A stretch of DNA of 64,000 nt from Amoebophrya sp. A120 (taxonomy: Eukaryota; Protista; Dinoflagellata): NCBI GenBank assembly GCA_905178155.1, contig CAJINV010000005.1, positions 4,195,556 through 4,259,555 on the forward strand, read 5' to 3'. The notes beneath the pieces were generated by a model that saw nothing but the letters and a program-made list of their open reading frames with translations, made no database searches and had not been told where the DNA came from. The position numbers and the translations under genes were made by a program. How positions within the stretch are numbered: position 1 is the stretch's first letter; every line of letters begins with the position of its first letter. This document shows, piece after piece, positions 22,496 through 33,633 of this stretch.

Positions 22496-25400
22496 TCTTC
22501 GAATTTTGCCAACCGCATTACCGCAGAAAGCCGCCATGCAGTGTCATGCTGAGCTAGGTGACCCCACTGCCTACGACCCCAGCCAATTCTCGAGCATTAT
22601 TTCCGGCTGAACATCTTCGCGCCACCCGCTCACTTTCCACAAGAAAAACACCCGCGAACACCGATCCACACAGACCACCGGCGAGGCACGACTCGACGCC
22701 AAGCACGCGGATAATGTGGCAAAATTTTATCCATGACAGGCAGCGCGAAAAAGGCCTTAGTATGAACACAGCACGCGCCAAAACCTTGCCCATCTGTCCT
22801 GAAAAGACAGGGAGCGGGTTCCAAGTTGGCAACGTTCCCAATTGATGATTTTTCAGTTTTTTAATTTTTTTGTATGGGGTTTTTTGCTTCTCTTGGAGTA
22901 GCAGATGTTTTGTTTTTTTTTTTTGTGCTGGGAGATTTTTTGTTTTTTTTTGTATTTGTGGGCTTTTTAAATAGTTTTGCGCTTTTTTTTGTGCTGGGAA
23001 AATTTTGCACATAATGCGACGAATCAGCGCACAGGTCAAGAAAAGCGAGTAGCGTTGATGTGAAACTATACCGCCGCTACAGCAACTGTGTGCTGACGGA
23101 AGCGCCTTGATATTGATACAGATACGTCCGACGCGGATATAAAAACTGACGCTACTGCTGTGCCGCAACAATACGGAACGTGACAAAGTCACGCCAGCTT
23201 GCCCAGGCATTTCAAGCTGGCGCCCAAAGCGAGCCCAACCCGCCGGTCCGCCATAACTAAGGGAGGTAGAAAGGCGGGCCGGCCTGCTGGCCAGCCACGC
23301 ACGGGCGCGCTGCGGGGCGAGACGGGCAACACAGACTCGGGCCCGCCAGCGGATACGGCATTCCCCTGAAGCGGCCGGCCGCCCGGGAAGGGCCGGCGGG
23401 CGCCCAAAATTTGCGGTGGGCCACCCATCCAACCTCCTACCCGCCAAGAAACAAAAGTCGCGGCCGGGCGGGGGTCAGCCCGCCGGCGGGGGACCCTACA
23501 TGCCGCTCGGCGCAGCACCAACGATGGGGCGGGATGGAAGGTAAAAAAGCAAAGCAAAAGGCGGTGGCGGGCCCCGTCGCTGTCTCCCATGGGGCAGCTT
23601 GCTACGCCCGGGCGCCGACGGCGAGCGGGCGTCCCCACCAGGGCAGCAACCGCAATCCGCCCAGACCGACAAAATAATTTGGGCGACCGCTGGCGGGCGC
23701 CGCCCCCCCTTCCAACAAGCGGAGCGCGGGCACAGCAAAAAGAAACTGCGACCACAAAAACAGGCGCCCAAGGGGCAAGGGGGATGCAGGCGCGCCACCT
23801 TCATCAGCGGCAGCGGGCGCGCCGCGCGCGCGGGCACAAAGCAAGGAAAGGCCCGGCTGGCCCATTCATTGCGGGGGAGGCCGGCGAGTCCCCTCGGCGC
23901 CGCGCCCGCTTTCTTGCATGCCGGGCATTACGTTTTCCTGCCGGGCGGCCAGCCGCCTTCCGCCTTGGAACAAGGCCAGCGGGCTGCACCGGGCCAACGC
24001 CCAAAGCAAAATCGGTGCCCCAGGAAGCAGGAACACACAATGCGCGCATGCTCTTCCCGCGGACTCTCCTAACCAAGAGTGGGAGCGCGCAGTCCAGCCG
24101 TCCCGATCGATGCCCAGGCCGGCGGCCCAAGAAATCCGGCGCCACTTTCGCACGCCCCCCTCCCCCCAAGAGGGCGCCCCCCGCCCTCCACCGCCTCTCT
24201 CCAACGCCACAAGAAACACAAGAGAGCCTCGGGTGGGTTGCCAGAAATCGAGCAACAGGCGGTGGCTTCTGCTATCACACCTACAGACATGGTCCCTCCA
24301 CAAGACCTCCAGGCGCGCCCGCGAGTAACTTCACTATGTTAAAGAGCTCTGGCTCAATTTCATCGAGTTCAATGCTTCAAAGGCCGAAATCGATCAAATT
24401 TAGCCAGCACTTTTGTGGCTAAAGCCAGCGCGCGCGCTCGCTAAAGCCATCAGCCGGGGGGGTTAATTTTTGGCACTATGTACCTCCTTAGGCGCTGCCA
24501 ATCCGCGGATAATACAGATCACAAACGCGAAGGCTTTGAAGCCTTAAGTTAAGGCTTCAAAGCCTTAAGCTAAGCTTTTGAAACCTTAACTTCTCGGATT
24601 TAATCCGAAAGACGCCAGTTTGCGAACTTCCCGGGCCCAGCCACCACAAAGAGATGGCGCGAGGCGTCTCATCGAGCCGGGGCAGGCTGCAATCGCCGCC
24701 CGGAAGCCGGTGCCGAACGATCCGGGGGGCCGCGGTCCCAGGGTTGGTCTCCGCTGGCCCGCGGCGATTGCGCGGGACATTTCGCCGAGCGGCCAAGGCT
24801 TGCCGCGGGGCGCGAGGAAGCCCCGGCACCCCCCAGGGCGCATCGGGGTGTGAAAAGACGTCGGGACACAAGCGTCGCCCGCCCGGCCTACCGGCGTGTG
24901 TGACGCGAACGAGGCACGCCCCCCCGGACCGCCAGCGCCGCTCCATACGCACGCCCGGACGGGGCCCACCCCTGTCCGACTCCACCGCGGCCAGGCAGAG
25001 GACAAGGGGGCGGCGAGGTAAAATAAACGAAGAACGGGCGCGCGCCCAAGCAATTGCGCCAACCTGCGATCGATGGCACCCCTTCCGGTCAGGGACCTCG
25101 CCAAGCGAGCCGCGCCCCCCCCAGAAACCGCAAGGGCGCGCACGCAATCATATAATGCATTGGGCCCCGGCGGGCTTGCCCCGCCCGTTGTCCCGTGGCG
25201 GCCTCGCGCCCCGGGGCCGATCGCTCGCCCGCATTGCGCGCAACAAGATACGCAAGTAATAGCTACCGCCAGCTTGCGCCCTGGTAGGTGCCCCGCCAGC
25301 TTGCGCCCATAATCGCGTCCCGCCATGCTATTGCCACCCACCGCTCGGGGGCCGAGTGGGCGGGGGCGCCTCGATGCGGCGGGCGGACACGCGGAGCCCC

Positions 25401-26769
25401 CCCGGCCCTTGCCTGCCAGGCTGGCCCGCCGCGGATTAATATTGTTGTGCGGCATCACCACGGCCGCGCAAAGGGCTGGGCAGGACCAGCCAAAATATGT
25501 ATCTTCGGAGCCCCGGGGGCGCCGCCTGGCACCCAATCCGCCAGCGCAGGGAGTGATGGTAGCGGCGCTCCCCTCCGGCTACAGCATGAAGCTTGCCGCC
25601 CCGCCATTCCTCCGCCACATCTTGCCGCGCACGCCCCCTAGGGAAGATTCGCCCGGCCCCTGTCTGTGCCCAAGGTGCCAGACCGTGCCGGACACCAATC
25701 CGTTGGGGCCGTGCCGAAATGTTTGGGCCGGGTGGGCGCACCGGGGCCGGCAAGGTCTCCCAAGTAGCGCCACCCGGAGGAGTAGGGAACGCGCCACACC
25801 GCGGAAACACATGCCAGCCTGCCTCGCCGGCCCTTTCACATTGCTGCCGCCTACCTCTCACTGACGCACAACGCTAGGCGCGTCGTGTGAAAACAAATCC
25901 TTTTGGGCACATGTCTTCACGCTTTTCGCATCTCGGAGAGGGCCGGCAGACTTCAACCAACAATCCAAAACACTAGCGCGACGCTCCAGCAACGCCGCCC
26001 CATAACATGGAAAAACCCAACAAATAGCTTCCGAACTCTAGATTAATCCGAGACATGTATCAGATTTATCCGGAAAAATGCCGGATTTATCCGGCGAAAA
26101 GTTAATGTTTTTTATCCTTAACTTGATGTTTACTTTTTTATCTTCATTCTCCCTAAGCTTTTTGGGCGCTGCCACTCCGCGGACAATACAGATCACAAAC
26201 ACAACACTGCGCAACATCATAAAGGGGACATGTACAGCTGTGAGTTGAGCGTGTGTGCGTGCGTGGTGTTTTGTGTGTTTTGCGCGCGCGCACGCACACA
26301 CACGTGCGCGCGCGCGCGCGTGCGTGCGCGGAGCTGCGTTTTTACGCGCACGCACACACGCGAGCTTTTTGCGTAGCTGCGAATTGCTTTTCACGAAGAG
26401 ACGCTTACGATAGCTACACAACTACTCGACCTCTGCATGTGTGTCTGTCCACAAATTGAAATTCAACCTGTTTGCATCGTGCACGAAATAAACGTGCGAA
26501 AGCTTCATTGCCGACGTTGCATCCATAGGCCCTGTCGCTGAATTATTTCTGCGCCGTAGTACTCCAGCACCCTATTGGAATCGCATCGGATGAACTTATC
26601 GCAAATCTCAATCAAAAGTTCATGGCACTGCGTATTGCGTAAAGCCTAACTTAAAAGCTCTGAACTTCTTGTGCAGTGGGTCCCGGGGGATCTGCACTTG
26701 CAGTAACTTCTTGTCGGTAGAAAAACAAACATCAAAAAACTGTGACCACAAGATTTCAATTATCCGATA

Positions 26770-26935
26770 CAATTTCGAGTCTGAAAATCAACTTCGAGTT
26801 TGAGAATCAGCTTCGAGCTTGAGAATCACGCTCGAGCTTGGGCATCAGCCTCGCGCTTGAGTTTCGGAATCAGCTTCGCGCTTGAGTTTCGGAATCAGGT
26901 TCGCGCTTGGCTTTCGGACTCGAGTTGGAACATGA
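26770..26935. repeat. Degenerate ~19-25-bp tandem repeat
   Basis: Units such as gagaatcagcttcgagctt. Confidence 0.8.
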
Positions 26936-27076
26936 GTTTCAGGGCTTTTAGCTTTAGATAGGTGGCGATTGGCGTTGCCTCTTACCCCAACCCTCGATAG
27001 ACGGACGCGGGTTTACATCTTTTCGCGAACTGGCACACGACTAGGAGGGGGCAGTGTGGACGCCTCTCTGGCGTTT

Positions 27077-27560
27077 TGATCGCCGGGGCCGAGTTTGATC
27101 GCCGGGGCCGGGATCATCGCCGGGACGGGGATCATCGCCGGGAAGGGGATCATCGCCGGGACCGGGGTCGCCGGCCCTCCAGCGCTTGCGCTACGGCAAT
27201 CGATCAAAACTGGCGGCCCGACGGACTGGGCCCGGGGCGACTGGCATGGGCGCGCGAGCGCAGGGGCGGCCAGATTGGGCGCCCGCGGCGGGGCCGGGGC
27301 GGCCAGATTGGGCGCGCCGGAGCTGGGGCGACCAGACTGGGCGCGCCGAAGCCGGGACGGCCAGACTGGAAACGCCGGGGCCGGGGCGACCAATCTGGGC
27401 GCGCCGGAACCGGGACGGCCACATCGGACGCGTCGGAGCCGGGGCGAGCAGATTGGGCGCGCCGGAAATGGAGCGACCAATCTGGGCGCGCCAGAGCCCA
27501 GACGACCACGCTGGGCGTGCCGGCACCGCGACGATCGGATTGGGAGCGCCGGCGCTTTTG
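27077..27560. repeat. GC-rich tandem arrays (18-bp units, then ~30-bp units)
   Basis: atcgccggg... x5, then repeated gggcgcgccggagccggggcgaccaga. Confidence 0.85.
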
Positions 27561-27743
27561 GGGCCGGCGCTTTTTTCTTTTTGCTTTGTTATCTAGAACT
27601 TGCATACTGGCGTTTGAATTTCCACCTCTAGTGCCTACTTACAGGCGAAGCTGGCGTTGCTAGTTACTTACGCTTCAAAACTTTTGAAAAATCACAGAAC
27701 AAAACAAAAAACATCTGCCGAAGCCGATCCAAGAGAGACCGCG

Positions 27744-30700
27744 TTAACTGAAATCGTCCGGCTCGGAAGCGGGTGGGGAGAACTCATCTCCGCCGATGGC
27801 ATGCTTGCTTTGGTCTTCGCCATCGCTAAATTCGGCCAGCGCGTCCAATTCGAGGCTCTCGGTGTCGACAGCTCCCAGCGCGGTGGGGACTCCCGCGCTT
27901 TCCATCTTGTCATCCTCGCGACCACTGACTCCGGGTGCTCCCGCAGCTGTTGAAATCTCGGGCAGGCGGCTGGGATCGGACACAACGACGAAGCTACTCA
28001 GCTCCGTTATTGTGTGCATTCGTGCGAATTTCTCCAGCATCGCGGCCATCTCCTTGAGCTTTTTCGGGAATTCTTTCTTCAGAATCTTTTTCACTTCGTC
28101 TTTGATTGTCTCTTCGTCACTTGTCACCGCACGTGCGAACCTCTTCAGAATTTTCTCCACCTCGACAACGGCCTCCGAATACAGACCTTTTGTTTTCGCT
28201 GATGATGATGATGATGATGATGATGATCGTGAGAATGGTAATCGAGAACTCAACGGCTCGGGCAACCAGTTTGTCTTTCTGCTTCTCATTTTTCCTTGTT
28301 TTGCTGTCTGCTGGGCCTCCGCCTCGGCCGCGTTGACCACCGCCTTTTCTACCGCGTTGACCGCCTCTTCTACCGCTTTTACTGCCGCGTCGGGTGTTTC
28401 GACGGCTTCTTTGAGACAATCACGAACGGCCTTCTTGACGGCGTTCACGGCAGCGGGGAGCTGTGCAATCGCATGCGGATGCAGACCAAATAAATCACGA
28501 ATCGTCTTCATAATACCAGTCGCCTTCTTGGGTGTGCTATACTCCTGGAACTGTTGGGCAATACCGTCAGCAAGAGGCCCCACAACGAGCTCCACCAGGG
28601 CCTCCTTGAGGGTAGAAAAAAAATCCATCACCGCACTACCGACGAAGTGCTCAAAAATAGCCTTTCCGTGTTCCTCGAACTTCTTAGCCACGTCCTTGAG
28701 AAAGTCGTCTAAAGAGAAACTGCTGTGCTGTAAGACATGCGTCTTCAGAATATTTGCGAAGACCTCGACCTTATCGCTGTCGAACAGGGTATCCCCATGG
28801 TGTCCGCCGCCCTTCTCGCCTTTCTTCTGGTATTCTAAAAGTGCAGAACCGTCCGCCGTGTTGTTAACGGTGTCTGTCGTAACTAGAAAAGCTGAGCTGG
28901 TCGCGGGTTTCGCCACTGCCGATCCGGAGCCCGTGAACGCGTTTTTGAGCCTCTTTTCGGTAGCGCACTTCTTGAATACAGAGAAAACGTTTTCTTCCGT
29001 GAATAGCGTGTCCTCCGCAACTCGTTTGAGAAATTCATTTACCCCCGGAATTTCCAGGATAGCATTTTTAGCATGCTCTTTAGCATTTTTTTCCGTCAAG
29101 GATTGCGCCTCAACTGCGACATGTTCTATCAACAAGGCCGCTTTCCCTTTCGTTTCTGAGCCGCCTTCCTTCTCATTCATCTCTCCGAAAATTCCAGCAG
29201 TAAGCAGCTTTTTCGCCACCTCGCCGATAACATGATGGAAGACGGGTCCCATAGCTTCGAAAAGCACTCCAAGCACAGGCACGTGCTTCATTTCAAACGT
29301 AACTAGTTTGAAAAGCCCATACAGGCCGTCTCTGACTTCTCTGGTCAGCATGAGAGCAAAAGAATGGCCGGCGTCGATCACATGTCCGGGAACCTTATCT
29401 ACAACGTGTTTTCTTAGGGATTCGGCTGTACTTCTTGCTTGTTCTTCTTCTCCCGTCATCGACGCTTTCCTCCACGCTTCTAGTGCAGCCAGCGCCTCGG
29501 CGCCTTTGTTTTCTTTTCGTGCTTTTTTTTCTTTCCCATCCTTGATCTTTCGAGCCAAAGTCGGCAGTATTTCCTGGTGGTGGTCTGCGTCAAATTTCTG
29601 TAGTTTCTTCGTCAGCTCTCGTGCTATATTGATTTCCACCTGTTGCACTTTCTTACTGGTCTCGAGATACGTCTCCAACTCCTTCTCCAGCAATTTGGGC
29701 ACATCTTCGAGACCTCGCGCGATCGGGCTCGCAACAATAGAGTGACAGACCCGCTGCACCAGCGGAAACGGTATCTCGACGACAAGTAATCCAGCCTCGA
29801 TCACTCCCACAAGTGTGGTGCACATGTCGTCGAAAAACATCTCGGTGTCCGCCAGTACCGACGCCCACATAGTCTCCAGGAAGATACTCCGCATCCTCGA
29901 CAGAAGGAACTTCACAACCTGGGGCGCAACGTTTTCTACCAGAAAGTCATTCACAGTCTGCACGTCCTTATTGGAGTCGGGAAAGCTGAAACGCTTCACA
30001 GATTGCTGCAGCCGTTGCAACTCATTTCCCACCTTCTGGGACAGCGACTCGTGTGCGTCTTTCTCGAACAAGGCGTAGTAAATTTTCTTCCAAGACATGA
30101 CTGCGATGCCATGAAAAAATTCCTTCGCAAGCGGCTTCACATCCTCCTCGATCACCTTTCCAAAATTGTTGTAAAATTTTTCCGTTAGTAGACTCAGCTC
30201 TTGCCCTTCGATCGGAGGCAGCAGCTGCGAGAACATATGCTCGACGACAGAACCGACTTCATTCTGCAGTGTCTTCTTGGCTATCTTTGCAAACATATCC
30301 ACGTAGCCGCCGCCTGAAGCTAGGTGCCATATACTGTGCATGAGATGGTCGGTCTTTTCGATGAAATTCCGAACCTTGGGGTGCGCGATCAGCAGTTCCT
30401 CCATTTTACTGAGCAAAGGCTGCTTTATTTTATCTGTAAAGTCCCGAAGCTTCTCCGTCAAGTCGTGAAACATCTCGAACGTTTCTTCGGCGGCCGACTC
30501 TCCTTTTGCTTTGACCGTTTCGGCGACCTCCGAAAGTCGGTCTTCAAATTTTTTAAAGGTTTTCTCTAAGTCGTGTTTTTTTTCTTCGCCATACTTGTGA
30601 AATTCTTGCATGTGTGTTCTTGTTTCTTGTGTCCCGGCTTCCAGAAGCTTCTGCTCGAATTTGAAAAGCTTTTTAAACTGGTCCTCCAAATGGTGGTCCC

Positions 30701-31271
30701 ACTCCATTGAACCATGAAGGTAATCTTTTTTGTGTTGTTTCCAAGCTGTCATAACTTCTCGAAAATGGCCATGCTGCGCTGCATGGGCCGCACGTTTCAA
30801 CCACTGACGAGCCCGGTATCCTTTATGTGTAAACATGTGGGAAAACGAGCGCACGCTGAGACGAGTCTGTAGTGCAGACACACCCACATCCACAGCGACG
30901 AGGGGGGGGGGGGACCTGCGTGACGTCATCTGGCGTATGTCATACACCAGTGGCAAACTCGCGTTCGGCATCATCGCCCCAGGGGTACTCGACGAAGGTG
31001 GTCCAGCTCCTCCTCTCTCCTCTCCAGCAGAATAACGGCCAGCTCCGGGGCGCATTTTCTCAACATCCACGTTCTGCAACGCCGATACGCGGCCCACACT
31101 GGAACCCGCACGGCTGCCGCTGTCATCACTTCCCAATAGGAAAGGTAGTGACGACAGCACATCTCCGAAAGTTGCGCTGATGACGAACAGTCGCTTACAC
31201 GCGGCGCTGAAGGCTGCGGCTTCCTCCCTTCTTGGCCTCTGCCACCGTGGTGGCCCACCGGAGGAATACAT
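27744..31271 (-). CDS. Intronless 1175-aa hypothetical protein, Lys/Glu/His-rich and probably alpha-helical, possible N-terminal signal-like hydrophobic stretch
   Basis: Uninterrupted 3.5-kb ORF from ATG to TAA with protein-like amphipathic composition; (GAT)n at 28201-28227 encodes poly-Ser. No recognised domain. Confidence 0.8.
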   Translation of the reverse strand: MYSSGGPPRWQRPRREEAAAFSAACKRLFVISATFGDVLSSLPFLLGSDDSGSRAGSSVGRVSALQNVDVEKMRPGAGRYSAGEERGGAGPPSSSTPGAMMPNASLPLVYDIRQMTSRRSPPPLVAVDVGVSALQTRLSVRSFSHMFTHKGYRARQWLKRAAHAAQHGHFREVMTAWKQHKKDYLHGSMEWDHHLEDQFKKLFKFEQKLLEAGTQETRTHMQEFHKYGEEKKHDLEKTFKKFEDRLSEVAETVKAKGESAAEETFEMFHDLTEKLRDFTDKIKQPLLSKMEELLIAHPKVRNFIEKTDHLMHSIWHLASGGGYVDMFAKIAKKTLQNEVGSVVEHMFSQLLPPIEGQELSLLTEKFYNNFGKVIEEDVKPLAKEFFHGIAVMSWKKIYYALFEKDAHESLSQKVGNELQRLQQSVKRFSFPDSNKDVQTVNDFLVENVAPQVVKFLLSRMRSIFLETMWASVLADTEMFFDDMCTTLVGVIEAGLLVVEIPFPLVQRVCHSIVASPIARGLEDVPKLLEKELETYLETSKKVQQVEINIARELTKKLQKFDADHHQEILPTLARKIKDGKEKKARKENKGAEALAALEAWRKASMTGEEEQARSTAESLRKHVVDKVPGHVIDAGHSFALMLTREVRDGLYGLFKLVTFEMKHVPVLGVLFEAMGPVFHHVIGEVAKKLLTAGIFGEMNEKEGGSETKGKAALLIEHVAVEAQSLTEKNAKEHAKNAILEIPGVNEFLKRVAEDTLFTEENVFSVFKKCATEKRLKNAFTGSGSAVAKPATSSAFLVTTDTVNNTADGSALLEYQKKGEKGGGHHGDTLFDSDKVEVFANILKTHVLQHSSFSLDDFLKDVAKKFEEHGKAIFEHFVGSAVMDFFSTLKEALVELVVGPLADGIAQQFQEYSTPKKATGIMKTIRDLFGLHPHAIAQLPAAVNAVKKAVRDCLKEAVETPDAAVKAVEEAVNAVEKAVVNAAEAEAQQTAKQGKMRSRKTNWLPEPLSSRLPFSRSSSSSSSSSAKTKGLYSEAVVEVEKILKRFARAVTSDEETIKDEVKKILKKEFPKKLKEMAAMLEKFARMHTITELSSFVVVSDPSRLPEISTAAGAPGVSGREDDKMESAGVPTALGAVDTESLELDALAEFSDGEDQSKHAIGGDEFSPPASEPDDFS

Positions 31272-32061
31272 CTTTGGCGCGCGAGCGAGACGGCCGGCGG
31301 CACAGAATGCAGCTGATACTCTACGGGACTGACATGAGTGCTTGCAGATGCTCGATCGTAAGCGGCGGTAGAAGTGATCACTTCGCTATCTAGTGGCCAA
31401 ATCAGCTAGCTCGCTGATAGCAAATTCCGCACAGAGGCTCACACTAGGTGCCAAACATCAAAGCCGCCGGGGCGGAGGTAGTGGGATCGCTGCGGCCTTC
31501 TTGCCTCTGCCGTGGCCGCGGGCCCGCCCCCATTTTGCTTTTTGCAGGCTTGCCGAGGCCCCACCCCTTCGTGCAGTTCAGCCACACGGGGCGGCGGCCA
31601 ATGGAAGCCCGCCACGGAGTTTGGCGAATCTCGAAAATGCCCTGCCGGAAACCAGCCCCAATGGTATCACGCCACGCCGGGCGCATCCGGGCGCGCCCCA
31701 AACGAAAGGCATCACCGGGCCCGAAGCATGCGGGCTGGCTTCATGGTTCTGGTGCGCTTTTTCTTATATTTTGCGTCACCCTTTTTTGCAGCGGGCCACC
31801 TTTGCAAGGCTTGCCACGATGTATCAGAATCCGGCGCAAAGGCGGCCGCCTTCGCAACCCCCGAAGTGGTCCGAAATCCATCGCGGCCCCCGCGCCATGC
31901 AATTCCGATGACCTACTCCTGTGCGCGTTTTTCGTCTGGACGTCCTTTTGGGCGCCCCAATCAGTTCGCCACATTGCAAGGCGGCACGCGCTTCAGAGGG
32001 GGGCCACTTTTGCCGGCTCGCCATCGTACGTTGAAACTGCCAGTGGCTTTCGATGGCGCAT

Positions 32062-32375
32062 TATCGTAAGAAAAAAACCCCCCTCCCCATATTGACAGTG
32101 GGAGTTTTCGAAAATTTGCGTCGCTGATTTGCGGCCACAAATGAAATCAAGTGTGTCTTGCAAGAAGGAAACCCCACAGGCTCCGCCGCATTACGCAGGC
32201 GGTTTGCCATGCTGTTGGGCCTACAGCGCGGACGTTTTTCATGATAGGCGCCTAGGCCAAAACCTCGCTGCTCACGCAAACTATGGGCCTGCAGTCCTCT
32301 CCAACAATCTGTGTACACAGATCCAGCATCAGAAACTTCGTTTCGATATGGGGGGGGAGAGTTTTCCTCTTGATA
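32062..32375. mobile_element. Introner family C outside any recognisable coding exon
   Basis: Family C TIRs; TSD cgcat/cacat. Confidence 0.85.
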
Positions 32376-32508
32376 CACATCCGCGCGATTCAACGGCAGC
32401 AAATCCAGCGGAGCGCTAAACTTGGCGGTCGCTTCCTTATGGCGCCTTACTGTAAGAAAGCTGCAAGGGTACGGCCGTTCGGTCATTGCCTATCATCTAC
32501 AACACAGG

Positions 32509-33633
32509 AAGGTCGCGCCCGGAGGGCGATATTAGTAGCCGAAAGCGTGCGAGCCACGCACCCCAGTCAGCGCAAAGGCTACCGCGCATCCACTGACCTC
32601 CTGGCTAGAGGACGAGAGCGCGGCCCCCGTGGGCACCAAGCGTGGAGGGCCGCGGTCCAACACTGCATCCCACTTCGGGCCGCGCTCTCATCCCCTGACC
32701 AGGAAGCAAGGGCGCGCAAAGGGGCACCCTTTTCAGGACGCCGGCTGCCGCCGTGCGTGGTGTCCTGTTACTCGCGTGACGGGAGCACGCTTTGCGCAGC
32801 GGGCGGGTGCCGTTCTCACAGTAAGTGACGCAATTCCGGAAAAAAAAGAAACGAGGGCAGGCGGCCAGGCAAAAATGGAAAAGCTCCCTCACGTTGCTGT
32901 ATTTTGGTGATTTCCGGGAGGCCTTTTGTGCCGCCCAAGTCGGGCATTTCCGAGCGGACGAAGAGCTCCAATTTGTGAACCTCAGAGAGGTGGGAAATAA
33001 CCGTGCGGGTTGATACACATCCGCAGACCTCGCACTTGTAGTTTTTCTTTTTGCAATCCCGACGGGATGGGCCCTGTGATAATTTAAAACGCCGCCTCTG
33101 AGTGGCAATCTCCAGGCGGCGTTTGCTTTTTCAAAAAATAATTCCGCCACTTTCAGTTTCTAAGCGGCTTCAAAGCCCCGGACAAAATCCGTGTTTTTCT
33201 TGCGCCGCTTCCATGCTGCGCAAAATTGTCTTTCTTGTGCACTTTTTTTCAGTTTCTAAGCGGTCGGGCCGGCCGACGGCTGGCAGGATTTCCGATATAA
33301 GCCGCCACATACCGTCGGTCATAGCCGACAACAAAGCCAATCTTTTTCAGAATCAGACCGCGCGGAGCCGCCAAACTGCTCTTTTTGTCCTTTCCACGCT
33401 TGGCAATTGCCGCTTTTGCTGCTTTCGCAAAAAATCCGGGACCTTTTCCGGAGTCCGCTTCCTAAAGGCCGTCCACGCCTACAACTGGCCGACTTTGCGA
33501 CGCCTTGCTTATCCCCGAGGCCCTCCCATGTGGCAACGGCAAAGCCTTCGCGCTGCGCTTGCGATGGATGAGGTGAGCATCTCGCAAAGAGCGCTTTGTG
33601 CGCGGAGCGCTTGCGAACGCTTTGGTTACCAGA
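32509..33633 (-). mobile_element. Non-autonomous Helentron/Helitron2-like element, copy 2
   Basis: Same ends as 9874-11342 (aaggtcgcgcccggagggcgatatt ... cgctttggttaccaga) and clear internal homology (e.g. aacggcaaagccttcgcgctgcg). Confidence 0.6.

Noticed and set aside
22554-25877. Many overlapping 100-300-aa ORFs on both strands
   Set aside because: Arg/Pro/Gly/Ala-rich products expected from very GC-rich non-coding repeat DNA; no domains recognised.
27796-29235. 479-aa plus-strand ORF
   Set aside because: Antisense shadow of the 1175-aa minus-strand ORF, with Ser/Phe-rich non-protein-like composition.
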